The notes under the pieces: generated by a model | Seen by the model: only the letters and a program-made list of their open reading frames with translations | Database searches by the model: none | Told to the model about the DNA's origin: nothing | In this document: positions 19,083 to 27,986 of the stretch, in pieces | Numbering within the stretch: the stretch's first letter is position 1 | Layout of the letters: every line of letters starts with the position of its first letter | From: an uncultured virus (IMG/VR IMGVR_UViG_3300021400_000397) | Taxonomy: Duplodnaviria > Heunggongvirae > Uroviricota > Caudoviricetes | Reading direction: 5' to 3' (one strand) | IMG/VR virus record: IMGVR_UViG_3300021400_000397 | DNA: 64,000 nt | Translations under genes and position numbers: made by a program

Positions 19083-20405
19083 ATGAACTCAGACAGCCAG
19101 AGCGCCACGTTTACCGGCGCGGCGGCCGACATGATCGCGCAGACGATGCGCGAGGTGGCGGCAGGACAGAGGACGACCCCGGACGGCCCCGGCGTCCTCC
19201 CGGCGCAGCCGGCTCCGCAGCCGGCTCCGCAGCCGGCTCCGCAGCCGGCCCCGCAGCAGGTACCGACGGACCCGCAGCCGGCCCCGCAGCCGGCCCCGCA
19301 GCAGCCCCAGCAGGTGTCGACGGACCCCGTCGGCGACATCGCCGGCAGGTTCCGCACCCCGGTGACCCCGGTCCCGGAGCAGAACATGGACCTCCCGCCG
19401 GACACGCCGGTGGAGGCGCCGCCGGAGATCGAGGACAACGAAAAGGCGAAGAGCGCGTGGGAGATCCTCCGCAACCGTGAGCGCGAGTCGCGCCATCTCG
19501 CGGAGTCCCTGAGGGCCAGGCTCGAGGAGACCTCGAGGCAGGCCGGCGCCGTGGCCGAGGAGCGCCAGCAGTTCGCGGACGAGCTCAAGAGCCGCGACGA
19601 GCGGATCGCGCAGCTCGAGGACGAGCTCGGCAAGCTGGACCTCTCGCACCGGCCGGAGTTCCGCCACCAGTACGACGAGCCGATGGCGGGCGTGAAGGAA
19701 GAGTTCAGGGCGGCGCTCGACGCCGCCGCGGAGATGACCCCCGAGACGCTCGACGGCATGGCGGAGAAGCTGCTCGCGGTCGACGACGCGGAGTTCAACC
19801 GCATGGTCGCCCGGCTGGACGCCTCCGCGCAGGGCTCGCTGTGGGACAAGCGGCGCAGGTTCCGCGAGCTCGACCTGGCCAGGAGCCACGCGGTGCAGGA
19901 GTGGAAGTCCACGCAGGCCGGCCTCGCCGCGGTCGACCAGCAGGAGCAGGTCGCCAAGCGCGCGCAGCGCATGGCCGCGCTCGCCGACAACGCGATCAAC
20001 TTCACGCAGAGGCTGATGCCCGCCGACCAGCGCCCGTCCGTGCTTGCGGAGTCCACGTACGCCGACGACGTGCGCAGCGCCGACGGCCAGTTCAAGAGCT
20101 TCATGCAGGTCGCGAACGAGGAGGAGATCGCGAGGGTCGCCTACCAGGGCTTCCTGGTGCCGGTCATGCAGCGGCAGGTCGCGTACCTCGTCGAGGCGCT
20201 CGAGACCATGCAGGACGCGTACTACAGGCTCCGCGGCGCCGGGGCGCCCCCCGCGCTCCCGATGAGGGCCAAGGCCCCGCCGGCCCCGCAGCCGACTCCG
20301 CCGCCCAACCCAGTCGTCGACCGCGGGGGCAGCTTCTCCTCCACCGTGGAGAACACGATGATGAACGTGCTCAACCAGACGCTCGCCCCGCGCCCCCGCG
20401 CCTGA
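19083..20405 (+). CDS. Probable capsid scaffolding protein
   Basis: PAPQ low-complexity repeats plus acidic coiled coil, immediately upstream of the capsid gene; RBS AAGGAGG. Confidence 0.6.
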   Translation: MNSDSQSATFTGAAADMIAQTMREVAAGQRTTPDGPGVLPAQPAPQPAPQPAPQPAPQQVPTDPQPAPQPAPQQPQQVSTDPVGDIAGRFRTPVTPVPEQNMDLPPDTPVEAPPEIEDNEKAKSAWEILRNRERESRHLAESLRARLEETSRQAGAVAEERQQFADELKSRDERIAQLEDELGKLDLSHRPEFRHQYDEPMAGVKEEFRAALDAAAEMTPETLDGMAEKLLAVDDAEFNRMVARLDASAQGSLWDKRRRFRELDLARSHAVQEWKSTQAGLAAVDQQEQVAKRAQRMAALADNAINFTQRLMPADQRPSVLAESTYADDVRSADGQFKSFMQVANEEEIARVAYQGFLVPVMQRQVAYLVEALETMQDAYYRLRGAGAPPALPMRAKAPPAPQPTPPPNPVVDRGGSFSSTVENTMMNVLNQTLAPRPRA

Positions 20406-20434
20406 CCCCGCGAAATAAAGTTGCACGTGACCCC

Positions 20435-20464
20435 TTGCGCTTGCATGGGGTCATGTGCTATAAT
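20435..20464 (+). promoter_or_regulatory. sigma70-like promoter for the major capsid gene, overlapped by a 12-bp inverted repeat
   Basis: TTGCGC-18 nt-TATAAT; inverted repeat GCACGTGACCCC/GGGGTCATGTGC at 20423-20458. Confidence 0.7.
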
Positions 20465-20470
20465 ACCAAC

Positions 20471-20595
20471 CAGCGGATCAAGATACCCACTGCCGCTGTG
20501 GGAGCAAGCTCGGGATATTTCGTGTGCCCGCACGACATGACACGGACGATTTTGCCGCGTGCCACAACACCCCAATAACTAGCAAGCTCCCACAG
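20471..20595 (+). ncRNA. Candidate structured 5' leader of the capsid mRNA
   Basis: CTGTGGGAGC (20496-20505) is complementary to GCTCCCACAG (20586-20595); inner hairpins; CAGCGG/CCGCTG alternative stem. Confidence 0.45.
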
Positions 20596-20614
20596 GAGCA
20601 GAAAGAAGGTTAAC

Positions 20615-22705
20615 ATGGATCCGAAAGATCTGAACCCCAACGGAGGTTTCGTCACCCCCATCAGCCCCGCGGGCACCGGCTTTGACAACGGCGTCCAGGG
20701 CGCGAACACGAACTGGCCGACCCAGACCGGCGCGCAGGCCGGCACCCCTGGCCACCAGGTCCTCCCCAAGGCCACCGACATCCCCGGCATCACCAAGCCG
20801 ATCGTCAAGGTCAACCCGTACATCGCCGACGTGACCCGCACCGAGCAGGCGCGCCTCGGCATGCTCGACCCCAACCCCTCGCGCCGCGGCGCCGGAGTCA
20901 ACGACCTCGGCCCTTTGCCGCACATGTACGACTACCAGTTCGGGGCCCAGGGCACCGATCCGGTGGCGACGAACATGCTCGGCTTCTCGCAGGTCATGTG
21001 GTCGGCGGTGCAGACGGTCGACCCCCTCATCCTCAAGAAGACCATGATGACGCCCCGCTTCTGGCATGACCGCATCCCGCGCGGACAGTTCCAGCTGCAC
21101 AACGGCCTCGTCCAGCAGCGCCGCATCTTCCGCGGCTCGATCTACAAGACCGTGGGCCTCGACGACTGGGAGGCGATCGACCCGATCCCGTCCCTCTCGA
21201 ACGACCCCTGCCGCTTCCCGAAGCACGGCTCGGTCGACTACGCGTGGGACCAGCTCGCGTGGAGCGGCATGCGCTCGGCGTGGGGCTCCGACCCCATCTG
21301 CGCCAACGCGTTCCGCTACATCCAGGACGCGGCGCAGCAGCTCGCGCTCATCCTCGAGGCCGGCATGGAGGTCGGCATCATCAAGCAGGAGACGTTCAAC
21401 CGCGACATGTACATCGCGCAGTCGACCAACTTCGGCCGCTCGTTCATCATGTGCTCGGTCATGCACGGCCAGGAGGATTCGCCCCGCTACTTCTACGACC
21501 CGTTCGTGAAGTTCGGCGCGACCGGCAGCGCCGCGAACAAGGTCGCCAAGGCGTCGCTCGTCACCGGAAAGGACGGCAAGCCGCACGCGTTCTGCGTCCT
21601 TGACGCGTCCGTCGAGCCCGAGCCCGTCAACTGGTACGCGCTCGACCGCTTCCACGAGATGCTGAAGATCCGCTGCCCCGACGCCGCCCTCGGCAACGAC
21701 GCGGGCGAGCCCACCTTCGGCATCATGATCAACAACGACGACGTCGTCAAGTCGATCGAGGGCGACGAGAAGGTCTACCGCGAGTGGCTCGAGGCCAAGC
21801 CCCAGGCGCTCATCGACAACTACAAGATGACGTTCAAGACGTTCCGCAACTGGGCGGTCATCAGCGACCCGAACCAGCTCCGCTTCAAGATCCACCGCTA
21901 CGTCGCGCAGTACAACTCCGCCGACTACGGCGGCGTCGCGGCGGAGCTCGACGGCAAGGAGGTCTACATCGCGCTCGCGGTGGAGCCCATCGTCCCCGAG
22001 GCACGCCGCAAGGGCATCAACGGAGGCGACATCCCGCACGAGAACATCGACTGGGTGGACGCCGAGCTCGCGATCGCGCCGGTGTTCATGAACAACGTGT
22101 TCACGAACGAGTTCGAGACCCAGGGCACGGTGCAGCTCGGCAGCGGCACGCACTTCGGCGCGTTCCCCGCGCTCAACGGCCAGTGGGGATGGGTCCGCGG
22201 TCCGCAGACCGAGGCCGACCCGTTCCAGCAGACCGGCAAGTTCTACGGGCTGTTCCTCATCCACCCGCGTCCGGAGGCCCGTGTCTACGACACGACGTCC
22301 TTCATCTACCGCAGGTGCCGCGAGTCCCTCCGCGCGAGGTGCCCGATCGAGAACAAGCGCGTCAACCCCGACGCCTCCAAGAGGGGCACCGACGCCGAGA
22401 TCGGCGCCGACGCGCCCATCGCGGCGGACCTCGCGGCCGGCGAGACGCTCGAGCTCCTGCTCAAGGCCGGCTACGGCCCGCTCGCGATCGGCGACCGCCG
22501 CTACATCACCGTCGGCGAGTCCTCCGTGGAGGTCATCGTCGTCGACGTGGCGTCCGCGCCCTACATCACGGTCGCGGTGCTCTCCACCGTCACGGGCGGC
22601 GAGTCGGTCAAGGTCGCCGAGGGCAGCAAGCTCGCCGTCGCGGCGGCTGCCGCCGCGGAGCCCGCGGCTCCGGCCGGGGAGGACGCCGGCAACGGAGAGG
22701 GCTAA
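20615..22705 (+). CDS. Probable major capsid protein (with N- and C-terminal extensions)
   Basis: Own promoter, very strong codon bias, position after scaffold, downstream GC hairpin. Fold not verified. Confidence 0.7.
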   Translation: MDPKDLNPNGGFVTPISPAGTGFDNGVQGANTNWPTQTGAQAGTPGHQVLPKATDIPGITKPIVKVNPYIADVTRTEQARLGMLDPNPSRRGAGVNDLGPLPHMYDYQFGAQGTDPVATNMLGFSQVMWSAVQTVDPLILKKTMMTPRFWHDRIPRGQFQLHNGLVQQRRIFRGSIYKTVGLDDWEAIDPIPSLSNDPCRFPKHGSVDYAWDQLAWSGMRSAWGSDPICANAFRYIQDAAQQLALILEAGMEVGIIKQETFNRDMYIAQSTNFGRSFIMCSVMHGQEDSPRYFYDPFVKFGATGSAANKVAKASLVTGKDGKPHAFCVLDASVEPEPVNWYALDRFHEMLKIRCPDAALGNDAGEPTFGIMINNDDVVKSIEGDEKVYREWLEAKPQALIDNYKMTFKTFRNWAVISDPNQLRFKIHRYVAQYNSADYGGVAAELDGKEVYIALAVEPIVPEARRKGINGGDIPHENIDWVDAELAIAPVFMNNVFTNEFETQGTVQLGSGTHFGAFPALNGQWGWVRGPQTEADPFQQTGKFYGLFLIHPRPEARVYDTTSFIYRRCRESLRARCPIENKRVNPDASKRGTDAEIGADAPIAADLAAGETLELLLKAGYGPLAIGDRRYITVGESSVEVIVVDVASAPYITVAVLSTVTGGESVKVAEGSKLAVAAAAAAEPAAPAGEDAGNGEG

Positions 22706-22717
22706 CGGCCCGGAGGG

Positions 22718-22742
22718 GGCCCCGGCCTGCGGGCCGGGGCCG
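22718..22742 (+). terminator. GC-rich hairpin after the capsid gene (terminator or stabiliser; no U-tract)
   Basis: GGCCCGGCC-TGCG-GGCCGGGGCC. Confidence 0.4.
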
Positions 22743-22759
22743 CGAAAGGAGACGAGACG

Positions 22760-23746
22760 GTGAAGGACTACACGTTCGGACAGGCCAAGAAGCTGCTCTC
22801 CAAGGCGCCGTACCTGCACGGTACGACCGACGTCGGCGAGCAGATCAACAACGCGGTCTCCGCGCTGGCCGGGCTGAACGGCTGGGAGTGCCTCCGCCGT
22901 CTCGTCCGTCTATTTTCCGCCACTCCTGTGTTCTCCCTCCCGCAGGGCGTGGCGGGTTTGGTCAGGGTCTGCGTGAACGGGACGCCGGCGTCCCTGCGCG
23001 GGACCGACTACCAGTTTCTTCATTCGGGGCCCGGCGACCTCGACAACTACCTCAAGCAGGGGTTCAGCCTGCTCCGCACGGCCGAAGTGGCGGACCTGGG
23101 CTTTTCGCCGGTGATGCACCAGCCCGAGGACGCCATGGTGCTCGTGGCCACCGCGATGCACGTGGACGACGGCCACCCGCAGGCGCCTCTGACGGTGGCC
23201 GGAGTGTCCCCGACGGGCGAGCGCGTGTCGACCAGGCTCGACGTGCTGCAGGGGGAGGCCGGCGCGCCGGGGTACGAGGCGTTCTACCAGGGCCAGGAGC
23301 AGCCCTTCATGAGCATCGAGTCCGTCGTGCTGGACCCGTTCGCCGACGACTACATCACCCTCTGGGGCATGAGCAGGCGCGGGCGCATCGTCATGCTCGG
23401 GCACTACCACCCGTCCGTGTCCGTGCCCAAGTTCCGGCAGTACCGCATAAAGGGCACGCGCCGCGGCCCGTTCGACATCCTGGCGGAGGTGCGGGTCGAC
23501 CCGCTCCCCCTCGTCAACGACGACGACGTGATACCGCTCCCGTCGCTCGAGCCCGTCCGCCTCATGATGCTCTACGAGCACCAGGTCGCGATGAACGAGC
23601 TCCAGTCGGCGCAGCAGTACATGCAGCAGGCCATGCAGTGGCTGCAGCAGATGCAGGTCGCCGACAACACCGTGCAGGCCCCCGTCGTCCAGAATGTGCT
23701 GTTCGAGGGGTCCGGCGGAGACATTGAACCAAGCTGGAATCTTTAA
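22760..23746 (+). CDS. Probable head-tail adaptor / tail tubular protein
   Basis: GTG start after AAAGGAG; 328 aa directly after the capsid gene. Function is inferred from position. Confidence 0.5.
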   Translation: MKDYTFGQAKKLLSKAPYLHGTTDVGEQINNAVSALAGLNGWECLRRLVRLFSATPVFSLPQGVAGLVRVCVNGTPASLRGTDYQFLHSGPGDLDNYLKQGFSLLRTAEVADLGFSPVMHQPEDAMVLVATAMHVDDGHPQAPLTVAGVSPTGERVSTRLDVLQGEAGAPGYEAFYQGQEQPFMSIESVVLDPFADDYITLWGMSRRGRIVMLGHYHPSVSVPKFRQYRIKGTRRGPFDILAEVRVDPLPLVNDDDVIPLPSLEPVRLMMLYEHQVAMNELQSAQQYMQQAMQWLQQMQVADNTVQAPVVQNVLFEGSGGDIEPSWNL

Positions 23747-23758
23747 GGAGGTGTTACC

Positions 23759-25831
23759 ATGGCGGTAAAGACACGTTGGGACCAGAAGACATACAGGCGC
23801 CACATGTTCGACCGGGGGCGAGGTGTCAGGTCCCCCCATGAGGTGACCAACACGAAGATGGGCACTGGTGAGTTCATTGACAGCCAGCTTAAGAATGGAG
23901 GCTGGTGGGAGTCTGTGTGGAGGAGCGCTGGAGCAGGGGAACTTTCCGCCGAGAAGGAATACGAACAGTATAACAACCCGGCTTCGATGTCTTGGTCTCC
24001 CTTTAAGTCAGATAGCGCAGAGCGAAAGCAGTTTCGTGAGCAGGATCGTAAAGAGGTCCGGAGGTTGTTCGCCGAGGCCATGGGTTCCCATCATTTTATT
24101 AAAAGCAAGAACCTGAGCAGAGAGCGGCTGGGTAATATCGTGGATGCCTATATGTCCCAGAACGAGGATGCGTTCCAGAAGACGCTCCGTTCGATGGGCG
24201 TTAATGACCGGGATGCCGCAAGGTTCACCCGGGCCGCGCAGGAGTCTGCGGACCAGGCCATCGAGGGGAGGGCATACGGTACTTCCTGGGAAGACGACGA
24301 CTATGCCAGGCCCGCCGCAACGACCGGTGTCAAGAAGGGGGATGACAAGACCGGCACCACTGGGCAGGAGCAGAAGGGGGAGACCTCCGTTCAGCTGGCC
24401 AACGGGAAAAGGGTCACGTCCGACACCCCGCTAGCCCCCAGGCCCAAGCCCGGTTCCGGCGCTTCCCCTGCACAGCCCCTGTCCGTCGGAACCACTACGG
24501 AGCACGGCGGCACCGGGCTCCCCACCGACTCGCGCGTCCGGGTGAACGGGGCCCCGCTTGACATCCGCAACACGCCCGCCAACAATTCGCTCGCCCACCT
24601 GCAGAACGAGCAGCTGAAGGCCGCCGAGATCCAGGCTGCGGAGAACCGCAGGGACGCCCAGAGCGACGCCGCGACGTCCGAAGTGTCGCGCCTGCAGAGG
24701 CGCCGGGCGGAGAGGCTCCGCCAGGACAAGACCCGCTACGCGCTTGAGCAGGAGGCCGCGCAGTTCAGGGAGCAGCAGCGCGCGGACATGATGGAGAGGC
24801 GCTACAAGAACCGCTCGTTCCGCAACGCGGACGACTGGGCGAACCTCGGCCGGCTCCGCGAGGGCGAGAAGATGCTCGATCAGAAGGACTACGACGCGAG
24901 GGTCGGCGACCTCGTAAAACGCGCGAGGAAGCTCCGTACAGCCGAAGGGCGCGCGGGGCTCGGATCTACCGACCTCCAGGACATGGACATGGTGTTCAAG
25001 ACCGTGGGCAAGCTGTCGACATCGAAGGACGCCGATGGTAACGTCAGCTACGGCGGGAACCTCACCCCCGCGCAGATCGAGGCGCTCGGCAAGCGCATCA
25101 GCGGGTTTGAGTTGCGTGCAAAGTCCAACCAGGCCTACGCGGCCGCACAGGCCGAGGCGTTTAACCGACGCGCTGCCGACAAGTACCGCCAGCAGTACGG
25201 GCTGCAGGGGTTCAGCGACGAGGACGTGCTGGGCTTTCATAAGGCGCGCACCGCAAAAACTGCGAACGACGCGCTTGACCGCATGCTGAATTATGGCAAG
25301 GGCTTGAGTGACTCCTCCGAGTTTAAGGGAGGGGATCCGGAGGCCCTCAGGCGGTACGAGAAAGACTGGGACGTGATTCGCGGGAACGTGGATACCGCCA
25401 GCATATTTAACCGGGCGATGGAGGACAAGGCCACAAAGGACAAGTTCATGTCGGACATCGCCGACATAGGGACCGGCCCCGGCGCGGACATAAAGCAGGC
25501 CAACCTCCGTAGGGATACAATACTGAGGCAGATGATCAAGGAGCGCACCCAGGGGGTGACTGCTCCGGGGGACCAGACGGGCGCAGGCCCTGTTACCGGC
25601 GCCGCGCGGGCTACCCCTACCCCTACCCCCCAGCTCGGCGTATCCTCTCCGGCTGAACCCGCTGTGGCTCAGCCGGCCCAGCCGGCCCAGCCGGCTGCTC
25701 AGGTCGCGGCGCCCGGGCTGCCTAATCCACCAGCGTCTGCGACACCGCCGGTGACCCCCAAAAAGAAACCAGAGGACGTCCAGGCGACCATGCTCGCCGG
25801 CGTCCCGCTCCGCCCGAGGGCGAGGAGGTAG
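23759..25831 (+). CDS. Probable internal virion (ejection) protein, 690 aa
   Basis: RBS AAGGAGG; charged helical composition; upstream of the giant virion gene. Confidence 0.55.
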   Translation: MAVKTRWDQKTYRRHMFDRGRGVRSPHEVTNTKMGTGEFIDSQLKNGGWWESVWRSAGAGELSAEKEYEQYNNPASMSWSPFKSDSAERKQFREQDRKEVRRLFAEAMGSHHFIKSKNLSRERLGNIVDAYMSQNEDAFQKTLRSMGVNDRDAARFTRAAQESADQAIEGRAYGTSWEDDDYARPAATTGVKKGDDKTGTTGQEQKGETSVQLANGKRVTSDTPLAPRPKPGSGASPAQPLSVGTTTEHGGTGLPTDSRVRVNGAPLDIRNTPANNSLAHLQNEQLKAAEIQAAENRRDAQSDAATSEVSRLQRRRAERLRQDKTRYALEQEAAQFREQQRADMMERRYKNRSFRNADDWANLGRLREGEKMLDQKDYDARVGDLVKRARKLRTAEGRAGLGSTDLQDMDMVFKTVGKLSTSKDADGNVSYGGNLTPAQIEALGKRISGFELRAKSNQAYAAAQAEAFNRRAADKYRQQYGLQGFSDEDVLGFHKARTAKTANDALDRMLNYGKGLSDSSEFKGGDPEALRRYEKDWDVIRGNVDTASIFNRAMEDKATKDKFMSDIADIGTGPGADIKQANLRRDTILRQMIKERTQGVTAPGDQTGAGPVTGAARATPTPTPQLGVSSPAEPAVAQPAQPAQPAAQVAAPGLPNPPASATPPVTPKKKPEDVQATMLAGVPLRPRARR

Positions 25832-25834
25832 GCC

Positions 25835-26209
25835 ATGCCGGACTTCGCGCCCTTCTCCAGCAAGTACGAGGCACCGGACGCCGAGCGCATGGACGCGCTC
25901 GCCCTGCAGGCGTCGCTGCCGTCGGACTACACCAGCCCCGCCGACGCGCTCGGCGACGAGGCCTGGGCCGAGCTCGAGCACCGCGACATGGTCGAGGGCA
26001 CCGACTCGCTTTCGCAGTTCCGGTTCGAGTGGGACTGGAACATGACCCCGGCCCAGCGCGCGGACGCGCTCGCGAACGTCGCGCTGCAGCGGGAGATGGC
26101 CGCTTTCGTCGACAGGGCGTCGGACCTCGCGGTGAAGCCCCCCGTCGACCCGGTGGAGTACGCAGGCCGCGTGCGCGAGGCGCGCGCCGCGAGGGCGAGG
26201 AGGATGTGA
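25835..26209 (+). CDS. Hypothetical protein (124 aa)
   Basis: RBS AGGAGG; same operon. Confidence 0.65.
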   Translation: MPDFAPFSSKYEAPDAERMDALALQASLPSDYTSPADALGDEAWAELEHRDMVEGTDSLSQFRFEWDWNMTPAQRADALANVALQREMAAFVDRASDLAVKPPVDPVEYAGRVREARAARARRM

Positions 26210-26210
26210 C

Positions 26211-27929
26211 ATGGCGGTGAACGATCTGCTCAGCGAGGACAACCTCGACCTGCTGCCCGGCCCGGAGGCCACGGCCTTCAGGTCCGAGGTGGTGAGCCCC
26301 CAGCACCAGTGGCGCGGCGACCCGATGCGCGGCGCGGAGTACACCTACGGCCCGACGGTCCCGTCGCGCGAGCCGATTAACGACATCCAGCTCACCGGGC
26401 TCTTCACGCACGACGCCGCCGGCGTCGCGTCCCGCTACGGCGTGCATCCGTCGATCGCCCCGTTCCCGTCCGCGGGCGCGGAGGACGACAACGGCATGCG
26501 CATGGGCCGCGCGCACATGCAGGGGCTCCTGAGGGCGCAGAAGGCGTACGCGATGAACCTCGCGACGAGGGACCCCCAGGCGGCCGGAGTCGCGCTCGCC
26601 GACATGGACGGCATGCGCGACGGGTTCAACGCGCTCGTCGCCGAGGGCTGGAACGGCCGCGACGCGGCGCACACGATCGGCATGGTCGGGCGCGTGTTCG
26701 GCGGCTACGGGAACACGGCGGAGAACGCGAGGCTCCTGAAGCGCTTCGCGGACTCCCGCGGCGTCGACATGCAGACGGCGGGCAACGAGCTCTGGAGCCT
26801 CCAGAAGAACTTCGGCGCGGGCTACCTCACGGACTATGGGTTCACCGGGAAGGTGACCCCCGACTCCGCGCACTATGAGAACATCCGCGACAACTTCACC
26901 GACTTCCTCTCCGCGATGTGGAAGGTCGAGCAGCAGTACGACTGGCAGTTCAACCAGGCTACGTACCGCGACGTCTTCAACCGCTGCCGCGGGATCGCCG
27001 CGGACCTCGACCTCGCGGGGCTCTCCGTGAAGGGCGTCGGCGCCGAGGCCATCGTGCGCGCGGCCCTCAAGGAGAACGGCTCGCTCAACGACGACGCAAT
27101 GCTCTCCGCCCCCGTCACGCAGCTCATGCAGTCGAGGGCGCGCGACAGGGCGCTCGTGTCGCTCGCCCCCGGGCTCACGATGGACACCGCGAGCAACCCG
27201 TTCGGCACGGGGTCCGCCGGGACCACGGCGAAGGAGCGGGCGGAGCAGGACGCCGACGACCACGACTTCGGGCTCGTCCGCTCGCTCCGCCAGGCGCTCT
27301 TCCGCCACCGCGCGCACTCCGTCAACGAGGGCCTCGGCGCGGACGACTTCAAGGACTTCTCCACGCTCAGGAAGGACTTCGCCAATTCGTTCCGCATGTT
27401 CTCGACGGGGTCGGCCCGCGTGAACGACGACACGTTCCTGAAGCTCGCCGACGGCGTCATCCGCCATGTCGCGGCTGGGGAGGCCACGAGCGTGGTCGAG
27501 GCCGCGAAGGAGCTCGCCGAGAGCGGCGGGGTGGACCAGGACCAGGCCGACGCCCTCGCCACGTGGTCGCGCGCCCTCGTCATGGACACCGCCGAGGGGG
27601 ACAGGGCGCTCCGCGAGACCGCATACCCGTTCGTCGAGGAGATCGCCATGAACGCGGGCGTCAGCATGAAGGACCCCGCGATCGCGCCGTTCGTCGCAAG
27701 GGCGTACAGCATGGTGCGGAGGACCCTCCTCGACCGCAGGGTCGTCGCCGACCTCAACGGCCTCGGCGACGAGGTCTCGGACGAAATGCTGTGGAAGGAC
27801 GTCCGGGACCGCCTCGCCCCCATGACGAGGCAGCTGCAGCTGGCCGCGAGGCACAAGAACGAGCAGGCGCAGCTGCAGGCCCAGGCGATGACGGAGGCGC
27901 GCCAGCGGGCCAAGGAAGAGGGCAACTAG
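26211..27929 (+). CDS. Probable internal virion protein, 572 aa
   Basis: RBS AGGAGG; helical; adjacent to the giant gene. Confidence 0.55.
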   Translation: MAVNDLLSEDNLDLLPGPEATAFRSEVVSPQHQWRGDPMRGAEYTYGPTVPSREPINDIQLTGLFTHDAAGVASRYGVHPSIAPFPSAGAEDDNGMRMGRAHMQGLLRAQKAYAMNLATRDPQAAGVALADMDGMRDGFNALVAEGWNGRDAAHTIGMVGRVFGGYGNTAENARLLKRFADSRGVDMQTAGNELWSLQKNFGAGYLTDYGFTGKVTPDSAHYENIRDNFTDFLSAMWKVEQQYDWQFNQATYRDVFNRCRGIAADLDLAGLSVKGVGAEAIVRAALKENGSLNDDAMLSAPVTQLMQSRARDRALVSLAPGLTMDTASNPFGTGSAGTTAKERAEQDADDHDFGLVRSLRQALFRHRAHSVNEGLGADDFKDFSTLRKDFANSFRMFSTGSARVNDDTFLKLADGVIRHVAAGEATSVVEAAKELAESGGVDQDQADALATWSRALVMDTAEGDRALRETAYPFVEEIAMNAGVSMKDPAIAPFVARAYSMVRRTLLDRRVVADLNGLGDEVSDEMLWKDVRDRLAPMTRQLQLAARHKNEQAQLQAQAMTEARQRAKEEGN

Positions 27930-27931
27930 GC

Positions 27932-27961
27932 TTGATTTGGCGAAAGGCAGTGTGGTATAAT
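27932..27961 (+). promoter_or_regulatory. sigma70-like promoter for the giant gene
   Basis: TTGATT-18 nt-TATAAT with TGTGG extended -10; RBS AAGGAG follows. Confidence 0.75.
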
Positions 27962-27986
27962 ATCTCCCGACAAGGAGAATTGAGCC

